A stretch of 64,000 nucleotides of DNA, taken from the NCBI GenBank assembly GCA_041478555.1, contig JBGOWI010000004.1, positions 1,401-65,400 on the forward strand, in the 5' to 3' direction. The notes under the pieces are model-generated. The model had not been told where the DNA came from. It searched no databases and was given only the letters and a program-made list of their open reading frames with translations. This DNA is from Phycisphaerae bacterium (lineage in GTDB: Bacteria > Planctomycetota > Phycisphaerae > Sedimentisphaerales > UBA12454). Positions 20,988-30,771 of this stretch are shown here, in pieces (within the stretch, counting starts at the first letter, position 1; each line of letters opens with the position of its first letter). The position numbers were made by a program, and so were the translations under genes.

Positions 20988-22163
20988 ATGAAATACAGTG
21001 GAAGATTCGGCCAATATGGAGGCTTTTATGTGCCTGAAGTGCTTATACCGGCGCTTGAGGAAATGGAATCAGCCTTCTATCGATATTATAAGGACACAAA
21101 ATTCGTCGCAGAACTCGATGTCCTTTATCGCGACTATGCAGGCAGACCCACGCCGCTGTATTATGCGATACGATTCAGCGAACTGGTGGGATTTAAGGTC
21201 TATATAAAACGCGAAGACCTCCTGCACGGGGGGGCACACAAGGTTAATAACTGCCTCGGCCAGGGACTCCTTGCAAAGTACATGGGCAAGACAAAGCTGA
21301 TTGCTGAGACAGGAGCGGGACAGCACGGCCTTGCAACCTCAATGATTGGGGCGCTGTTTGGAATGCAGACAAAAATATTCATGGGCACAACCGACGTTGA
21401 CCGCCAGAGCGTAAACGTTCACAAGATGAAGCTCTGCGGCGCAGAAGTCATTCCCGTAAAAGGCGGCACAGGAACATTGAAAGATGCCATCAACGAGGCT
21501 CTTCGCTACTGGACTGCTAATGTTACAGATACATTTTATCTGTTCGGCACTGTCTGCGGCCCGCATCCGTATCCGACCATTGTAAAACACTTCCAGACCT
21601 GTATCGGCACAGAAACACGCAGGCAGTGTCTTGAAAAAATCGGACGCCTGCCGGATATCGTAACCGCCTGCGTCGGCGGCGGAAGCAACGCAATAGGAAT
21701 CTTTAACGCATTTCTTAATGACAAGGAAGTAAAACTCGTCGGCGTAGAGCCTGCCGGAAAAGGTATCGCCACCGGAAAACACGCCGCCTCGCTTTGCGCA
21801 GGAAAAGTTGGAATCCTGCACGGCACAAAGATGTATCTGCTGCAGGACGAAACCGGACAAATACTCGATACCGAATCAATCTCGGCAGGACTGGATTATC
21901 CGGGCGTAGGCCCTGAACACTGCCTGCTCAAAGATACCGGCAGAGCTAAGTATTTTGCAGTTGAAGACAAAGATGTGCTCGAAGTCTTTGATATTTTCAC
22001 AAAGTGTGAGGGCATTCTGCCGGCGCTGGAAAGTGCCCATGCTCTTGCCTGGATTTACAGTCAAAAGAATAAACTGCCTGCCGATACCATAGTCGTCGTC
22101 AACCTCTCCGGCAGAGGTGACAAGGATGTCGATATAGTTGAAAGAAACAGGAAATTAGTGTAG
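20988..22163 (+). CDS. trpB: Tryptophan synthase beta chain
   Basis: HGGAHKVNN (PLP lysine) and GGGSNAIG. Confidence 0.95.
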   Translation: MKYSGRFGQYGGFYVPEVLIPALEEMESAFYRYYKDTKFVAELDVLYRDYAGRPTPLYYAIRFSELVGFKVYIKREDLLHGGAHKVNNCLGQGLLAKYMGKTKLIAETGAGQHGLATSMIGALFGMQTKIFMGTTDVDRQSVNVHKMKLCGAEVIPVKGGTGTLKDAINEALRYWTANVTDTFYLFGTVCGPHPYPTIVKHFQTCIGTETRRQCLEKIGRLPDIVTACVGGGSNAIGIFNAFLNDKEVKLVGVEPAGKGIATGKHAASLCAGKVGILHGTKMYLLQDETGQILDTESISAGLDYPGVGPEHCLLKDTGRAKYFAVEDKDVLEVFDIFTKCEGILPALESAHALAWIYSQKNKLPADTIVVVNLSGRGDKDVDIVERNRKLV

Positions 22164-22192
22164 TTTTGAGTTCTTAGTTTTGAGTTAATAAA

Positions 22193-22990
22193 ATGAAAAC
22201 ATACAAAGAAGTATTTGCTCAATTAAAACGAGCTGCGTTGATTCCATTTTTCGTCATCGGCGACCCTGACTTTGACACAAGTGTGAGAATTGTAAAATCC
22301 GCTATTGATGCAGGCGCAGATATACTCGAACTGGGCATTGCCTTTTCAGACCCTATCGCAGACGGCCCTACTATCCAGAAGGCTGATATCAGGGCGCTCC
22401 AAGCCGGTATGGATATCGAAAAGGCAAAAGACTTCGTAGAAAAAATCAAATCCTACCGCGATATACCCATAGGGCTTTTGATGTATTACAATCTTGTTTA
22501 CCAGTATGGCATTGAAAAGTTTTTCGCCGATTTTGCAAAAGCCGGCGTAAACAGCGTGCTTGTCGCCGATTTAAGTATTGACGATGTCGATGAAGTTTAC
22601 GCTCCGGCCAGAAAGGCAGGCCTTGACACCGTTTTTATGATAACACCAAATACCGACATCAACCGTGCAAAAATCATCGCTTCAAAATGCACCGGTTTTA
22701 TTTATACCGTCTCGCTGCTCGGCGTAACTGGCGGACGCGAAAAATTATCCGATATGGTAAAACCTCTGATAAGCAGACTGAAATCCTTTACGGATGTGCC
22801 GGTTTGCGTGGGCTTCGGCGTAAGCAAACCGCAGCACGCCGTCGAACTTGCCAAAGCCGGTGCCGACGGCGTAATAATCGGCTCAAAACTCGTAAAAATC
22901 ATCGAAGATAACTTAAGCGACAAAAAATCCATACCTTTACAGGTATCTGAATTCATAAGACAAATCAGAGAGTCGCTCAAATCAGCCTGA
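22193..22990 (+). CDS. trpA: Tryptophan synthase alpha chain
   Basis: LIPFFVIGDP, ELGIAFSDPIADGPTIQ and GFGVS. Confidence 0.9.
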   Translation: MKTYKEVFAQLKRAALIPFFVIGDPDFDTSVRIVKSAIDAGADILELGIAFSDPIADGPTIQKADIRALQAGMDIEKAKDFVEKIKSYRDIPIGLLMYYNLVYQYGIEKFFADFAKAGVNSVLVADLSIDDVDEVYAPARKAGLDTVFMITPNTDINRAKIIASKCTGFIYTVSLLGVTGGREKLSDMVKPLISRLKSFTDVPVCVGFGVSKPQHAVELAKAGADGVIIGSKLVKIIEDNLSDKKSIPLQVSEFIRQIRESLKSA

Positions 22991-22991
22991 T

Positions 22992-25067
22992 TTACTGCCG
23001 ATTGTTTATAAGCAGATATCCCCTTAACAATTCAGCTACACTCCAGGCCTGGGCAATTGCGCCGCGACTCTTGTGAGGTTCATCGCCGTCAAATATTTCG
23101 CTGACTGAACCGATGCAGCCATCGGTATTGAAATGATTTAAAAGCGGCTCAAGTAAAGCAGACGCCCTTTTTCTGCTCGGTTTGCTGTAATTATTTACCT
23201 TCAGATACGCCTCGATAAATGCACCCATCAGCCACGCCCAGACCGTGCCCTGATGATATGCACCGTCCCGCTCTTTGGGGCCGCCAAGATAACTGCCTCT
23301 ATATCGGCTGTCGCTTTTTGCCAGCGTTCGCAGACCAAAAGGCGTAAGCAGCTCTCTTTCGACACAATCCACAACCGCCTGCTGTTGCTGGCTGGTCAAT
23401 GGCGAAAACGGCAGCGAAACCGCAAATATCTGATTCGGCCTGATACTCATATCCTTGAAATCGTCTGTCACACAGTCATAAAGATACTGGCCCTTTTCAA
23501 ACCAGAAACACGAGCGGAAACTGTTTGCAATCCTGTCGGCCATTTCGCTGAACTGCCTTGCAATAACTGCATCCTTGGCGCGATAAAACTCGGCACAATT
23601 GCATATCGCGTTGTACCACAGGGCATTTACCTCAACGGCTTTGCCGAATCTTGGCGTAAAGGCAATATTGTCAAACTTCGCATCCATCCACGTAAGCTGT
23701 GTATCAACCGACCCGCCGGTTATCAGACCATCGTTATCGGCTCTTATGCCGAACTTTGTACCCTTGCAGTAAGAATCGATTACCCAGCGAATCACAGGCA
23801 TCAGCCTCGATGAAAAAGTTCTGATAGCGCTGCTTGCTTTATAGTATTTAAACGCCGCGTGGATAAACCAAAGCGAAGAATCTATGCTGTTAAATTGTGC
23901 CCCGCTATTGTAATCCCCGAAGCAATTTGGAACCATCCCCTCGTCGGCATTGTACGCAAAATTAAGCAGTACGCTAGCTGCATCCTCGTATCTGCCGCAG
24001 CAGAGCAAAAGACCTTCGAGGGCAATAAATGCGTCTCTGCCCCAGTCCATAAACCACGGGAAACCGGCAAGAATGGATTTGGTCTTTACCTTTTCAACCT
24101 GCCTGTCAATGATAAATTCATCGCCGCAACCCGCAAGATTCTGAACAATCGGCTCCCTGCTCTTTAAATTGCCGAGAATCTGTTTCTGCCGCAGCTTAAG
24201 GTCGTCGATAATCACATCAACATCAAGAGCCGTCATCTTCTGCGGCAAATCCGATGAGCCGAAACCTGCCCACAGAACAATCCTGGCCGGAGCGTCAACG
24301 GTTTTTCTGAAAATGCCCGGTGAGAACAAATCCTCTTTATAATCATAACCTCGCTGCTTTTCCTGCCGGTAGAAAAAGTTGTACCACCACTGCTGCTCTT
24401 CAACAAAGGCCATCTCTTCGGTCGAAAGAAGAAGCTGCCCCTGACAGTTCCGCCTCCTTACAGCGAGAAACTCATCAGACCATTCGAGATAAAATTCATC
24501 CGCCGCTTTTTTCAGACTGTGATAATCTCTCATGGCCGCAAGCGGCCTTACTGCAAATTCAAATTCCTCCTCGATATCTCTGAAATCATAACAAATCGCA
24601 ACAATATCCGCCTCCGGCAGCAGATAAATGCTCTTTGTCAGATTAAAAATCTCTGTTGGATATTCAAAATGAATCCCGATATCCTTTCTGAAGTTTACCC
24701 CCGCGCTTTCTTGCGAAAGCAAGAGCGGGGGTTCGGACGACGGCGGGTCAAACTCAAAATGACTCAAACTGTAACTGCGCTTCCGGGTATAAACCGCCTC
24801 TACACATGCAGAAAGAGCAACGGTCCTCTGCGCAGGTGGGGTTAACGAGCCGATAAGTACACCATGATAACGGCGGGTATTACAGCAGGCAAGAGTGCCG
24901 CAGGAAAAACCGCCCCGCCTGTTGCTAAGCAGCCACTCGGTTTCTATCAACTGCTCATATCTATCAGGCCTGTTTGACTTCCGGTCTGCCTTGTTAAGTT
25001 CTTCCGCAATCTGAAGCACCAGCGAATCCCTTCTTAAGTTAAATGCCCCGGTCAATACCAGGGGCAT
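22992..25067 (-). CDS. Glycogen debranching enzyme, amylo-alpha-1,6-glucosidase family
   Basis: 691 aa. N-terminal EWLLSNRRGGFSCGTLACCNTRRYHGVL. C-terminal (alpha/alpha)6-type region with GTVWAWLMG. Confidence 0.8.
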   Translation of the reverse strand: MPLVLTGAFNLRRDSLVLQIAEELNKADRKSNRPDRYEQLIETEWLLSNRRGGFSCGTLACCNTRRYHGVLIGSLTPPAQRTVALSACVEAVYTRKRSYSLSHFEFDPPSSEPPLLLSQESAGVNFRKDIGIHFEYPTEIFNLTKSIYLLPEADIVAICYDFRDIEEEFEFAVRPLAAMRDYHSLKKAADEFYLEWSDEFLAVRRRNCQGQLLLSTEEMAFVEEQQWWYNFFYRQEKQRGYDYKEDLFSPGIFRKTVDAPARIVLWAGFGSSDLPQKMTALDVDVIIDDLKLRQKQILGNLKSREPIVQNLAGCGDEFIIDRQVEKVKTKSILAGFPWFMDWGRDAFIALEGLLLCCGRYEDAASVLLNFAYNADEGMVPNCFGDYNSGAQFNSIDSSLWFIHAAFKYYKASSAIRTFSSRLMPVIRWVIDSYCKGTKFGIRADNDGLITGGSVDTQLTWMDAKFDNIAFTPRFGKAVEVNALWYNAICNCAEFYRAKDAVIARQFSEMADRIANSFRSCFWFEKGQYLYDCVTDDFKDMSIRPNQIFAVSLPFSPLTSQQQQAVVDCVERELLTPFGLRTLAKSDSRYRGSYLGGPKERDGAYHQGTVWAWLMGAFIEAYLKVNNYSKPSRKRASALLEPLLNHFNTDGCIGSVSEIFDGDEPHKSRGAIAQAWSVAELLRGYLLINNRQ

Positions 25068-25103
25068 TTTTATTCAAGTCTGAAAGATATTTAGGGTTAC
25101 AGC

Positions 25104-26297
25104 TTATCCTGTCTGCTGCAATTTTTTGTATCTCTTCTCAAGGTTGCCCATCACATTCATAAAATTGATATACGAATCATAAGGCGAATCATAAGGATTA
25201 AAATACTTATGAACGTCGCCGTCGGAAAACCACTTTGTGCACATATAATAAAAATGGTCGCTCGTCTGTAACTTGCGCCAGTCGGTCAGAAGGGCCGCAT
25301 CGCCTGTCTGCTTGATTTGCTGCTCCATCCGGTAAAGCTCATGCAGTGCACTGGACTGCATCGGATTGCCGAGCCATGCTGACAGGTCCCGTTCCGTATC
25401 CGCCCAGCTTATTATGCCGGGCACATCAATGACATCGGTAGCCGGATATGATGCGATAACCTCGCTGGGGGTTTTGAAATTGTTGTCGGGATGTTTCATA
25501 ACCTCGCCCGGCAGATGACGCATAAATTCAAATATGCCCGTATCCTGCCACTGATGCTCGCCGAAGGTTTCATAGTCCATAAACAGATTAACAACATACC
25601 CGTTGCCGTTGACTTTACTTACCCAGTCGCTGAATTTATATGCCATCAGCGGCCATTCACACCAGTCCTTGTTGGAAAACCTGAAAGCTATATCATCGCT
25701 GAGAGCATAATTCTTCAATAGCAGCTTGATTCTGCTGCTCTGGGGAGAGGTATAAATAAAATTAGGGCTCCTGCCGCCGAGTATATGGTCGGCACCCTCG
25801 CTTAAAATGCCGTCAAACGCACCCATCGACTCTATCGTGTCGGTAAGGCTGTTGCTGTAGATAAGCTCGGTATTGCGAAAAATCCTCGGCCGAACGCCAA
25901 ACAACTTTTCTATAGTCTCGACGTGCTTGCAAATCTGTTCCTTGAACTCGCTGCGGGAATAGAGAAAACTCAGACTATGATAGTAGGTCTCGGCCAGGAA
26001 TTCCACACAGCCGGTTCGTGCAAGCGCATCAAAGGTGCTTATCACCTCAGGAGCAAATTCGGCCAGCTGCTCAAGCAGTACGCCCGTTATGCTGTAGGCA
26101 ACCCTGAACTTGCCTTTGTGCTCTCTTATCAAATCCAGTATGAGCCTGTTTGCCGGAAGGTAACACTTGTTCGCAACCTTGCGACAAATTGTCCTGTTCT
26201 TAAAATCGTCAAAATACCGATGGTCCTCGTCGAAGACCGTATAATGTCGAAGCCTGCAAGGCTGATGAACCTGAAAGTAAAAACAAACGGATGGCAT
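25104..26297 (-). CDS. Glycoside hydrolase family 57 alpha-glucan-active enzyme
   Basis: N-terminus MPSVCFYFQVHQPCRL. MDYETFGEHQW region. Confidence 0.8.
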   Translation of the reverse strand: MPSVCFYFQVHQPCRLRHYTVFDEDHRYFDDFKNRTICRKVANKCYLPANRLILDLIREHKGKFRVAYSITGVLLEQLAEFAPEVISTFDALARTGCVEFLAETYYHSLSFLYSRSEFKEQICKHVETIEKLFGVRPRIFRNTELIYSNSLTDTIESMGAFDGILSEGADHILGGRSPNFIYTSPQSSRIKLLLKNYALSDDIAFRFSNKDWCEWPLMAYKFSDWVSKVNGNGYVVNLFMDYETFGEHQWQDTGIFEFMRHLPGEVMKHPDNNFKTPSEVIASYPATDVIDVPGIISWADTERDLSAWLGNPMQSSALHELYRMEQQIKQTGDAALLTDWRKLQTSDHFYYMCTKWFSDGDVHKYFNPYDSPYDSYINFMNVMGNLEKRYKKLQQTG

Positions 26298-26359
26298 AAT
26301 TATTCTTTAAAAAAACCTGCAAATTATTCCAAATCAGCATTTTAGTCTGGTTCAGAGTT

Positions 26360-27688
26360 TCAGACACAAACCGCTGAAGATAAAAGCTGGTCGTATATCT
26401 GCCTGCACCTCTCGGCAGCGTCTTCCCATTTGAGTTTTCTTACCTCAAAGTTGCCGTGCTCCCTTAACATCATCTGCAAAGGCGGATATTTCAGCACCGC
26501 TACAATCTTGTTGGCTATCTCGTCTACATCCCAGAAGTCCGCCTTCAAAACATGGGTAAGCACTTCTGAAACCCCGCTCTGTTTGCTGATAAGAACAGGC
26601 ACATCGTGATTAAGGGCTTCAAGTGGAGTTATACCGAACGGCTCGGAAACGCTCGGCATGACATACAAATCCGCCATATCATAAACCTTCCGCAAATCTT
26701 CGCCGCGCAGAAAACCCGTAAAAAGAACCTTGCTGCCGATACCAAGCTCGGCGGCAAGCTCTATCGTCCTTCGCATCATATCGCCGGAGCCCGCCATCAC
26801 AAACTTGACGTTGTCCATGACCTGGAGCACCTTCTTGGCTGCGCCAAGAAAATATTCGGGGCCCTTCTGCATCGTGATTCGGCCGAGAAACAGCACAATC
26901 TTCTCGTCCTTTTTGATGCCTGTTGTGCCAAGGTTAAGACCGTTGTCGTTTCTTTCAACACCGTTATAAACAACCTCAACCTTATCGCCGGTTACGCCGT
27001 AACGGCCGATTATTATATTCCTGGTCAGAAAACTGACTGCAATCACCTTGTCGGCCGCGTGCATCCCCGCTCGCTCAATGTCATAAATCATCTGGTTGAC
27101 ATGCTCTCCGCTGCGGTCAAATTCGGTCGAGTGAACATGAACAACAAGCGGCTTGCCTGTAACCGCTGCCACCGCAATACCTGCCGGATAAGTCATCCAG
27201 TCGTGAGCGTGAATTATATCAAAATCCTCCTGCATCGCCAGCTTAACCGCTGCAGCAGCATATTTGTGAACTTCTGTATACATATCGCCGCAATAGTGAT
27301 GAAAACTGCCACCAGCAGATTCTTCGCCCGAGCCGGTTATACCATAGCGCTTTTGCTTGGCACGTATAAGCTCTTCCACCTCACGTTTGTAACTCTCAGC
27401 ATCTGCATAAGGCCGTAACGGAGATTCAATGGCCCGGAACTTAACGTTTTTAAGCCCCCGTTCGAGTTTCTCCCGCTCCAGCTGGTTTATATCCGCTGGC
27501 GTCCGCATTTTGACATGGGTAGACCGCATGTCCATACCGACAGACCGGGGCAATACGAAGATTACCTCCAGCCCCAGCTTGCTCATGGACTTCGTTAAAC
27601 CATAGCACGCTGTGCCTAAACCGCCACTGATAAAGGGCGGAAACTCCCATCCTAACATAAATATCTTCACGGCCCCTCTTGTCTCCAA
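26360..27688 (-). CDS. GT4-family glycosyltransferase (glycogen-synthase-like)
   Basis: MLGWEFPPFISGGLG N-terminus. C-terminal E-x7-E-like PSVSEPFGITPLEA. Start codon uncertain (TTG/GTG/ATG candidates). Confidence 0.75.
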   Translation of the reverse strand: METRGAVKIFMLGWEFPPFISGGLGTACYGLTKSMSKLGLEVIFVLPRSVGMDMRSTHVKMRTPADINQLEREKLERGLKNVKFRAIESPLRPYADAESYKREVEELIRAKQKRYGITGSGEESAGGSFHHYCGDMYTEVHKYAAAAVKLAMQEDFDIIHAHDWMTYPAGIAVAAVTGKPLVVHVHSTEFDRSGEHVNQMIYDIERAGMHAADKVIAVSFLTRNIIIGRYGVTGDKVEVVYNGVERNDNGLNLGTTGIKKDEKIVLFLGRITMQKGPEYFLGAAKKVLQVMDNVKFVMAGSGDMMRRTIELAAELGIGSKVLFTGFLRGEDLRKVYDMADLYVMPSVSEPFGITPLEALNHDVPVLISKQSGVSEVLTHVLKADFWDVDEIANKIVAVLKYPPLQMMLREHGNFEVRKLKWEDAAERCRQIYDQLLSSAVCV

Positions 27689-27896
27689 AAAACAATTAAA
27701 AATAGGGCATTCGATAAGGTTATAATCGGTGTTTTCAGGCCATAGGGTTTAATAAATTGTTCCCATAAAATCGGATTTTCAGTATCGTAAGGCCAATCTT
27801 TCAAATATTTATCGGACCTGCTGGCAGAAAAAATTAAAAAAAGATAGAAATACTGCTGAAAAACATTATCAAAAATAAATTACGTCAAGTCCGTCC

Positions 27897-27937
27897 AAAA
27901 AAAAACCGACCATCTGTTCTTGTGCGCAGTGGTCGGT
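27897..27937 (-). terminator. Intrinsic terminator downstream of the histone-fold gene
   Basis: ACCGACCA / TGGTCGGT stem (27905-27912 / 27930-27937) followed on the minus strand by a U-run (A-run 27897-27904 on +). Confidence 0.55.
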
Positions 27938-27981
27938 CAAAAATCCAAAAATTAAATATCAAAGTATCAAAATTGTGGAAT

Positions 27982-28082
27982 CCCGCGCCTATTTGCACAG
28001 CAACACCGTAAACCGAAACTGCCCGGTTATTGCAGTACTATTCGGTTTTACACTTGCTGCCACAATGCAAATAGGTGCGGGG
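27982..28082. repeat. Inverted-repeat element, copy 2 (inverted relative to copies 1 and 3)
   Basis: CCCGCGCCTATTTGC ... GCAAATAGGTGCGGGG. Its interior also forms an imperfect long hairpin. Confidence 0.65.
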
Positions 28083-28154
28083 TAACTTCCTTAATTTTGC
28101 ATTTTAAATTTTGAATTTTTAATTTTCGTTTTGTCCGCTACCGGCGGACAAAAA

Positions 28155-28355
28155 TCACAGGTCTTGCGGCTTTAACGTGCTTCTCCTGTTGGCCTTTGTA
28201 CGTTCACAGGCACAATCGAGAATACGATAAATCCTGTCGCTCAGAGCACCAAGGGCATCCACTGAGGTCATCATCTTCTTGCCCCTGATGTACGCCCTGA
28301 CCTTGCTCGCTACAATCAGAGATTCTTTTCCTTTTGCTGCTTTTTTCTTTGCCAT
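28155..28355 (-). CDS. Bacterial histone-fold protein (DUF1931-like singlet)
   Basis: 66 aa, GGAGG SD. MAKKKAAKGKESLIVASKVRAYIRGKKMMTSVDALGALSDRIYRILDCACERTKANRRSTLKPQDL follows the helix-loop-helix-loop-helix histone pattern, with an RxTxxxxD tail. Confidence 0.6.
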   Translation of the reverse strand: MAKKKAAKGKESLIVASKVRAYIRGKKMMTSVDALGALSDRIYRILDCACERTKANRRSTLKPQDL

Positions 28356-28604
28356 GTTAATAATCCTCCATGCAAAAAATAACTGTTACTTTTTTATCGG
28401 CCCTTTCCGCCAGAACCGACTTCACTGCCGTATTTTGAAGGCTTATCAGACGTTTTGCAACAAAAAAATACGCCAAAAACGCAAAATTTCGCGTCTAATA
28501 AGCCATTTGAGCGAATTTCCCGGTTATTTGACCGCCGTTTTTTGCCGAAACTGTTAAAGAACGCTCTTATAGCGATGACTTTGGCGCCTAACAGGAGTCA
28601 AAAA

Positions 28605-28943
28605 ATGAACGAACAAAACGACATATCAAAATCAGCTCTGAAAGAGTATGTAACCGTGGCAATTGCTGAAGACTTAGACCTCGCAAATGAATACAGGGAT
28701 ATACTGGCTAAAAATGATATCCCCGCTGTAATAGCAACCCAGAAAGGCTTCTCTTCGACAGCTCCTCCTATAGCCGTGATGGTCCCGGAAAATTGTCTTG
28801 AACAGGCACAGGAAATTATTGAATCCCGCCAGGAATTCGACCATTTCCTTGACGGCGCTTTTAATGACCCCGACCAGTGGCAGGATGAGCCGGACCCGGA
28901 TTACCTCGACGAAGATGAGGACTTCGAAGAAGAAAACTATTAA
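28605..28943 (+). CDS. Hypothetical protein, DUF2007-like N-terminal fold with an acidic tail
   Basis: ATG at 28605 preceded by AGGAG. The ORF-track start at 28455 lacks an SD. Confidence 0.4.
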   Translation: MNEQNDISKSALKEYVTVAIAEDLDLANEYRDILAKNDIPAVIATQKGFSSTAPPIAVMVPENCLEQAQEIIESRQEFDHFLDGAFNDPDQWQDEPDPDYLDEDEDFEEENY

Positions 28944-28964
28944 AAAATACAAGTTATTGAGGTG

Positions 28965-29330
28965 ATGAAAGTGGACAGTTACCAGTCACACATAGATAAT
29001 TGCTTTTCAACAGCACGTCAAGTGTCGGAAACCAGACGTAAAAAACGCAGGAGAACTGAGATTATTAACAGAAGGCTCGGTCTTGACCGCCGTCGCGGAC
29101 CGGGCAGAAGACGCCCGGAAGATAGAAAAGCCGCTGAAGAAGGTCAGATGACTGATGAACAGTTCGAGTTCGTGATGACTGTCGACAAGTATAAAAAATT
29201 AAACAACAGGCCATTTCCTACCTGGACGGAAGTTCTGGAGCTCATCAAGGCCTTAGGCTATCGAAAAGTTGCTGAGCCCTGTTCGCTCGACCAGTTGCAA
29301 AACCATACCCCTGCCGAGTTAAAAGGTTAG
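28965..29330 (+). CDS. Arg-rich hypothetical protein
   Basis: 121 aa. RRKKRRRTEIINRRLGLDRRRGPGRRRPEDRK followed by a conserved-looking C-terminus FPTWTEVLELIKALGYRKV. Confidence 0.4.
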   Translation: MKVDSYQSHIDNCFSTARQVSETRRKKRRRTEIINRRLGLDRRRGPGRRRPEDRKAAEEGQMTDEQFEFVMTVDKYKKLNNRPFPTWTEVLELIKALGYRKVAEPCSLDQLQNHTPAELKG

Positions 29331-29343
29331 CAAATCCCTGCTT

Positions 29344-30204
29344 CTATTCCTGCCTAAAAGGACTCTTCTTGTCCATCAGCAGAATTACCTTCTCATAAAC
29401 ACGGCTGTCCAGCTTGGCCTTGAGTATCTTTTTCGCTTCCTGTATGGCGGTGCGCTGACTTAAATGAGTAACGATAATATACTCATTGTCAAAATCATTT
29501 ATCATTCTGGCAAACTCATCTATGTGCATATGTGCGCCAGCCAGAGCCCTGTCAATATGTTCATCAACCATAAAGGTGCACTCGGCAATCAATATCCTGC
29601 TTTTGGCAATAAAATCAAACTTTGAAAAATTGTGATATCGGGTATCGCCAAGATACGTCACAAGGGAAATTTCAACAGGATAATCAATTGTCACGCCATT
29701 TTTTTTGAGAGATACAATTTCACCTCCGGCAAGACCGAGATATTCTTCTTTTAGTTTTTTCTTCTTCTCAAGAACACAAAACCCCAGCGAACCCCTGCAG
29801 TGCCGGGTGGCAAAGGCCCTGACGATAAGATTCGGCTTAATCTGAAATTCATCGCCGGGACTCATAGGCACAAGTTCTGCCGGTATTTTGTTGCCGTCAA
29901 GCCGACCCCAGGCTTCTATTACTTCGCGTAACGGAAGTATCATATTCTCCGGTGCAAAAACCCTGCCCGGCCTTTGACCGCAGAACTGTCTGTGAGAAAG
30001 ATAATATGCTATTCCGGCTGAATGGTCCATATGGCCGTGCGTCAGCAGAACATTGTTTATACTGATAACCTGGTCGGGAGCCTTGCCGATATCGAAGCAG
30101 ACATCTAACTGCGGCATCGCTACCACCGTCTCTTCGCCCGCCACCGAATAGCCGATTATCTCCAAATCTTCTATCTTGATTTTCGCCAGATTATGACTCG
30201 CCAT
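29344..30204 (-). CDS. MBL-fold metallo-hydrolase (RNase Z-like)
   Basis: LLTHGHMDHSAG motif, 286 aa. Confidence 0.75.
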   Translation of the reverse strand: MASHNLAKIKIEDLEIIGYSVAGEETVVAMPQLDVCFDIGKAPDQVISINNVLLTHGHMDHSAGIAYYLSHRQFCGQRPGRVFAPENMILPLREVIEAWGRLDGNKIPAELVPMSPGDEFQIKPNLIVRAFATRHCRGSLGFCVLEKKKKLKEEYLGLAGGEIVSLKKNGVTIDYPVEISLVTYLGDTRYHNFSKFDFIAKSRILIAECTFMVDEHIDRALAGAHMHIDEFARMINDFDNEYIIVTHLSQRTAIQEAKKILKAKLDSRVYEKVILLMDKKSPFRQE

Positions 30205-30585
30205 AAGTACCTGTCAGAACCAATAGTAAACCGCTAACCCTTTTGAGTCAAACGGATAAATTATCACTCAAACTTGCATAAAATCACAACTAACGGCATT
30301 ATTGTGACATTTGCCCCCCGGATGGCTATTCAAGAGCATGGCCGAATTCGGCCCTCTGAGCGGCCTGCATCCAGCAAAAAATGTATTTCCCATCTATTAT
30401 AGGGGATTTGTTTAGAGCCATTTCTCGCTCATTTTCAATCATAACCCTATAAAACTCCTTATCTTATCCGTAATTTTATAAGACCTGTTTCAAACATCGC
30501 AATTAAATAAAAAAACCTTGCTTTTTTTCGTCAGAATATGCTATAATAATTTTTGTAAAAAATTCTGTCGAACAGAAATTTTTGC

Positions 30586-30614
30586 TTGACGTACTATAAT
30601 AAGAACGTTATTCT
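30586..30614 (+). promoter_or_regulatory. Candidate sigma70-like promoter of the CU-rich small RNA
   Basis: TTGACG (30586-30591), 17 nt, TATTCT (30609-30614). Preceded by the near-palindrome AAAAATTCTGTCGAACAGAAATTTTT (30556-30581). Confidence 0.35.
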
Positions 30615-30697
30615 AAATAGCCCACACGTACCTCCTCCTCTTTAGGAGGCGCACACGGCATGGCGGTTTCTCTCCTCGGCCGCCTGCCATTTTTTTT
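30615..30697 (+). ncRNA. Candidate small RNA with anti-SD/SD hairpin and a CU-rich terminator loop
   Basis: CCUCCU/AGGAGG hairpin (30634-30649). Terminator GGCATGGCGG/CCGCCTGCC (30657-30688) with loop UUUCUCUCCUCGG, then U8 (30690-30697). Confidence 0.35.
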
Positions 30698-30771
30698 GCG
30701 CTTTTTTCGGCAAACAGTTTCGCTGGTTTTCTCGTATTAATTACAGGGAACTTATTTCCCTCATTTTTGGG

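Noticed and set aside
17611-27418. Long antisense ORFs inside trpE (17611..18339), trpD (19289..20056), the debranching enzyme gene (23253..23813) and the GT4 gene (26606..27418)
   Set aside because: All lie opposite strongly supported conserved genes. They have low-complexity Cys/Arg-rich translations typical of antisense frames and lack start signals.
30660-30740. The 26-codon ORF (MAVSLLGRLPFFLRFFRQTVSLVFSY) behind a sequestered AGGAGG, considered as a type I toxin
   Set aside because: I do not call it as a feature. Its start codon and first 10 codons lie inside a terminator stem followed by U8, no antisense RNA promoter is evident, and the evidence is composition only. It is mentioned under the sRNA finding as a testable alternative.
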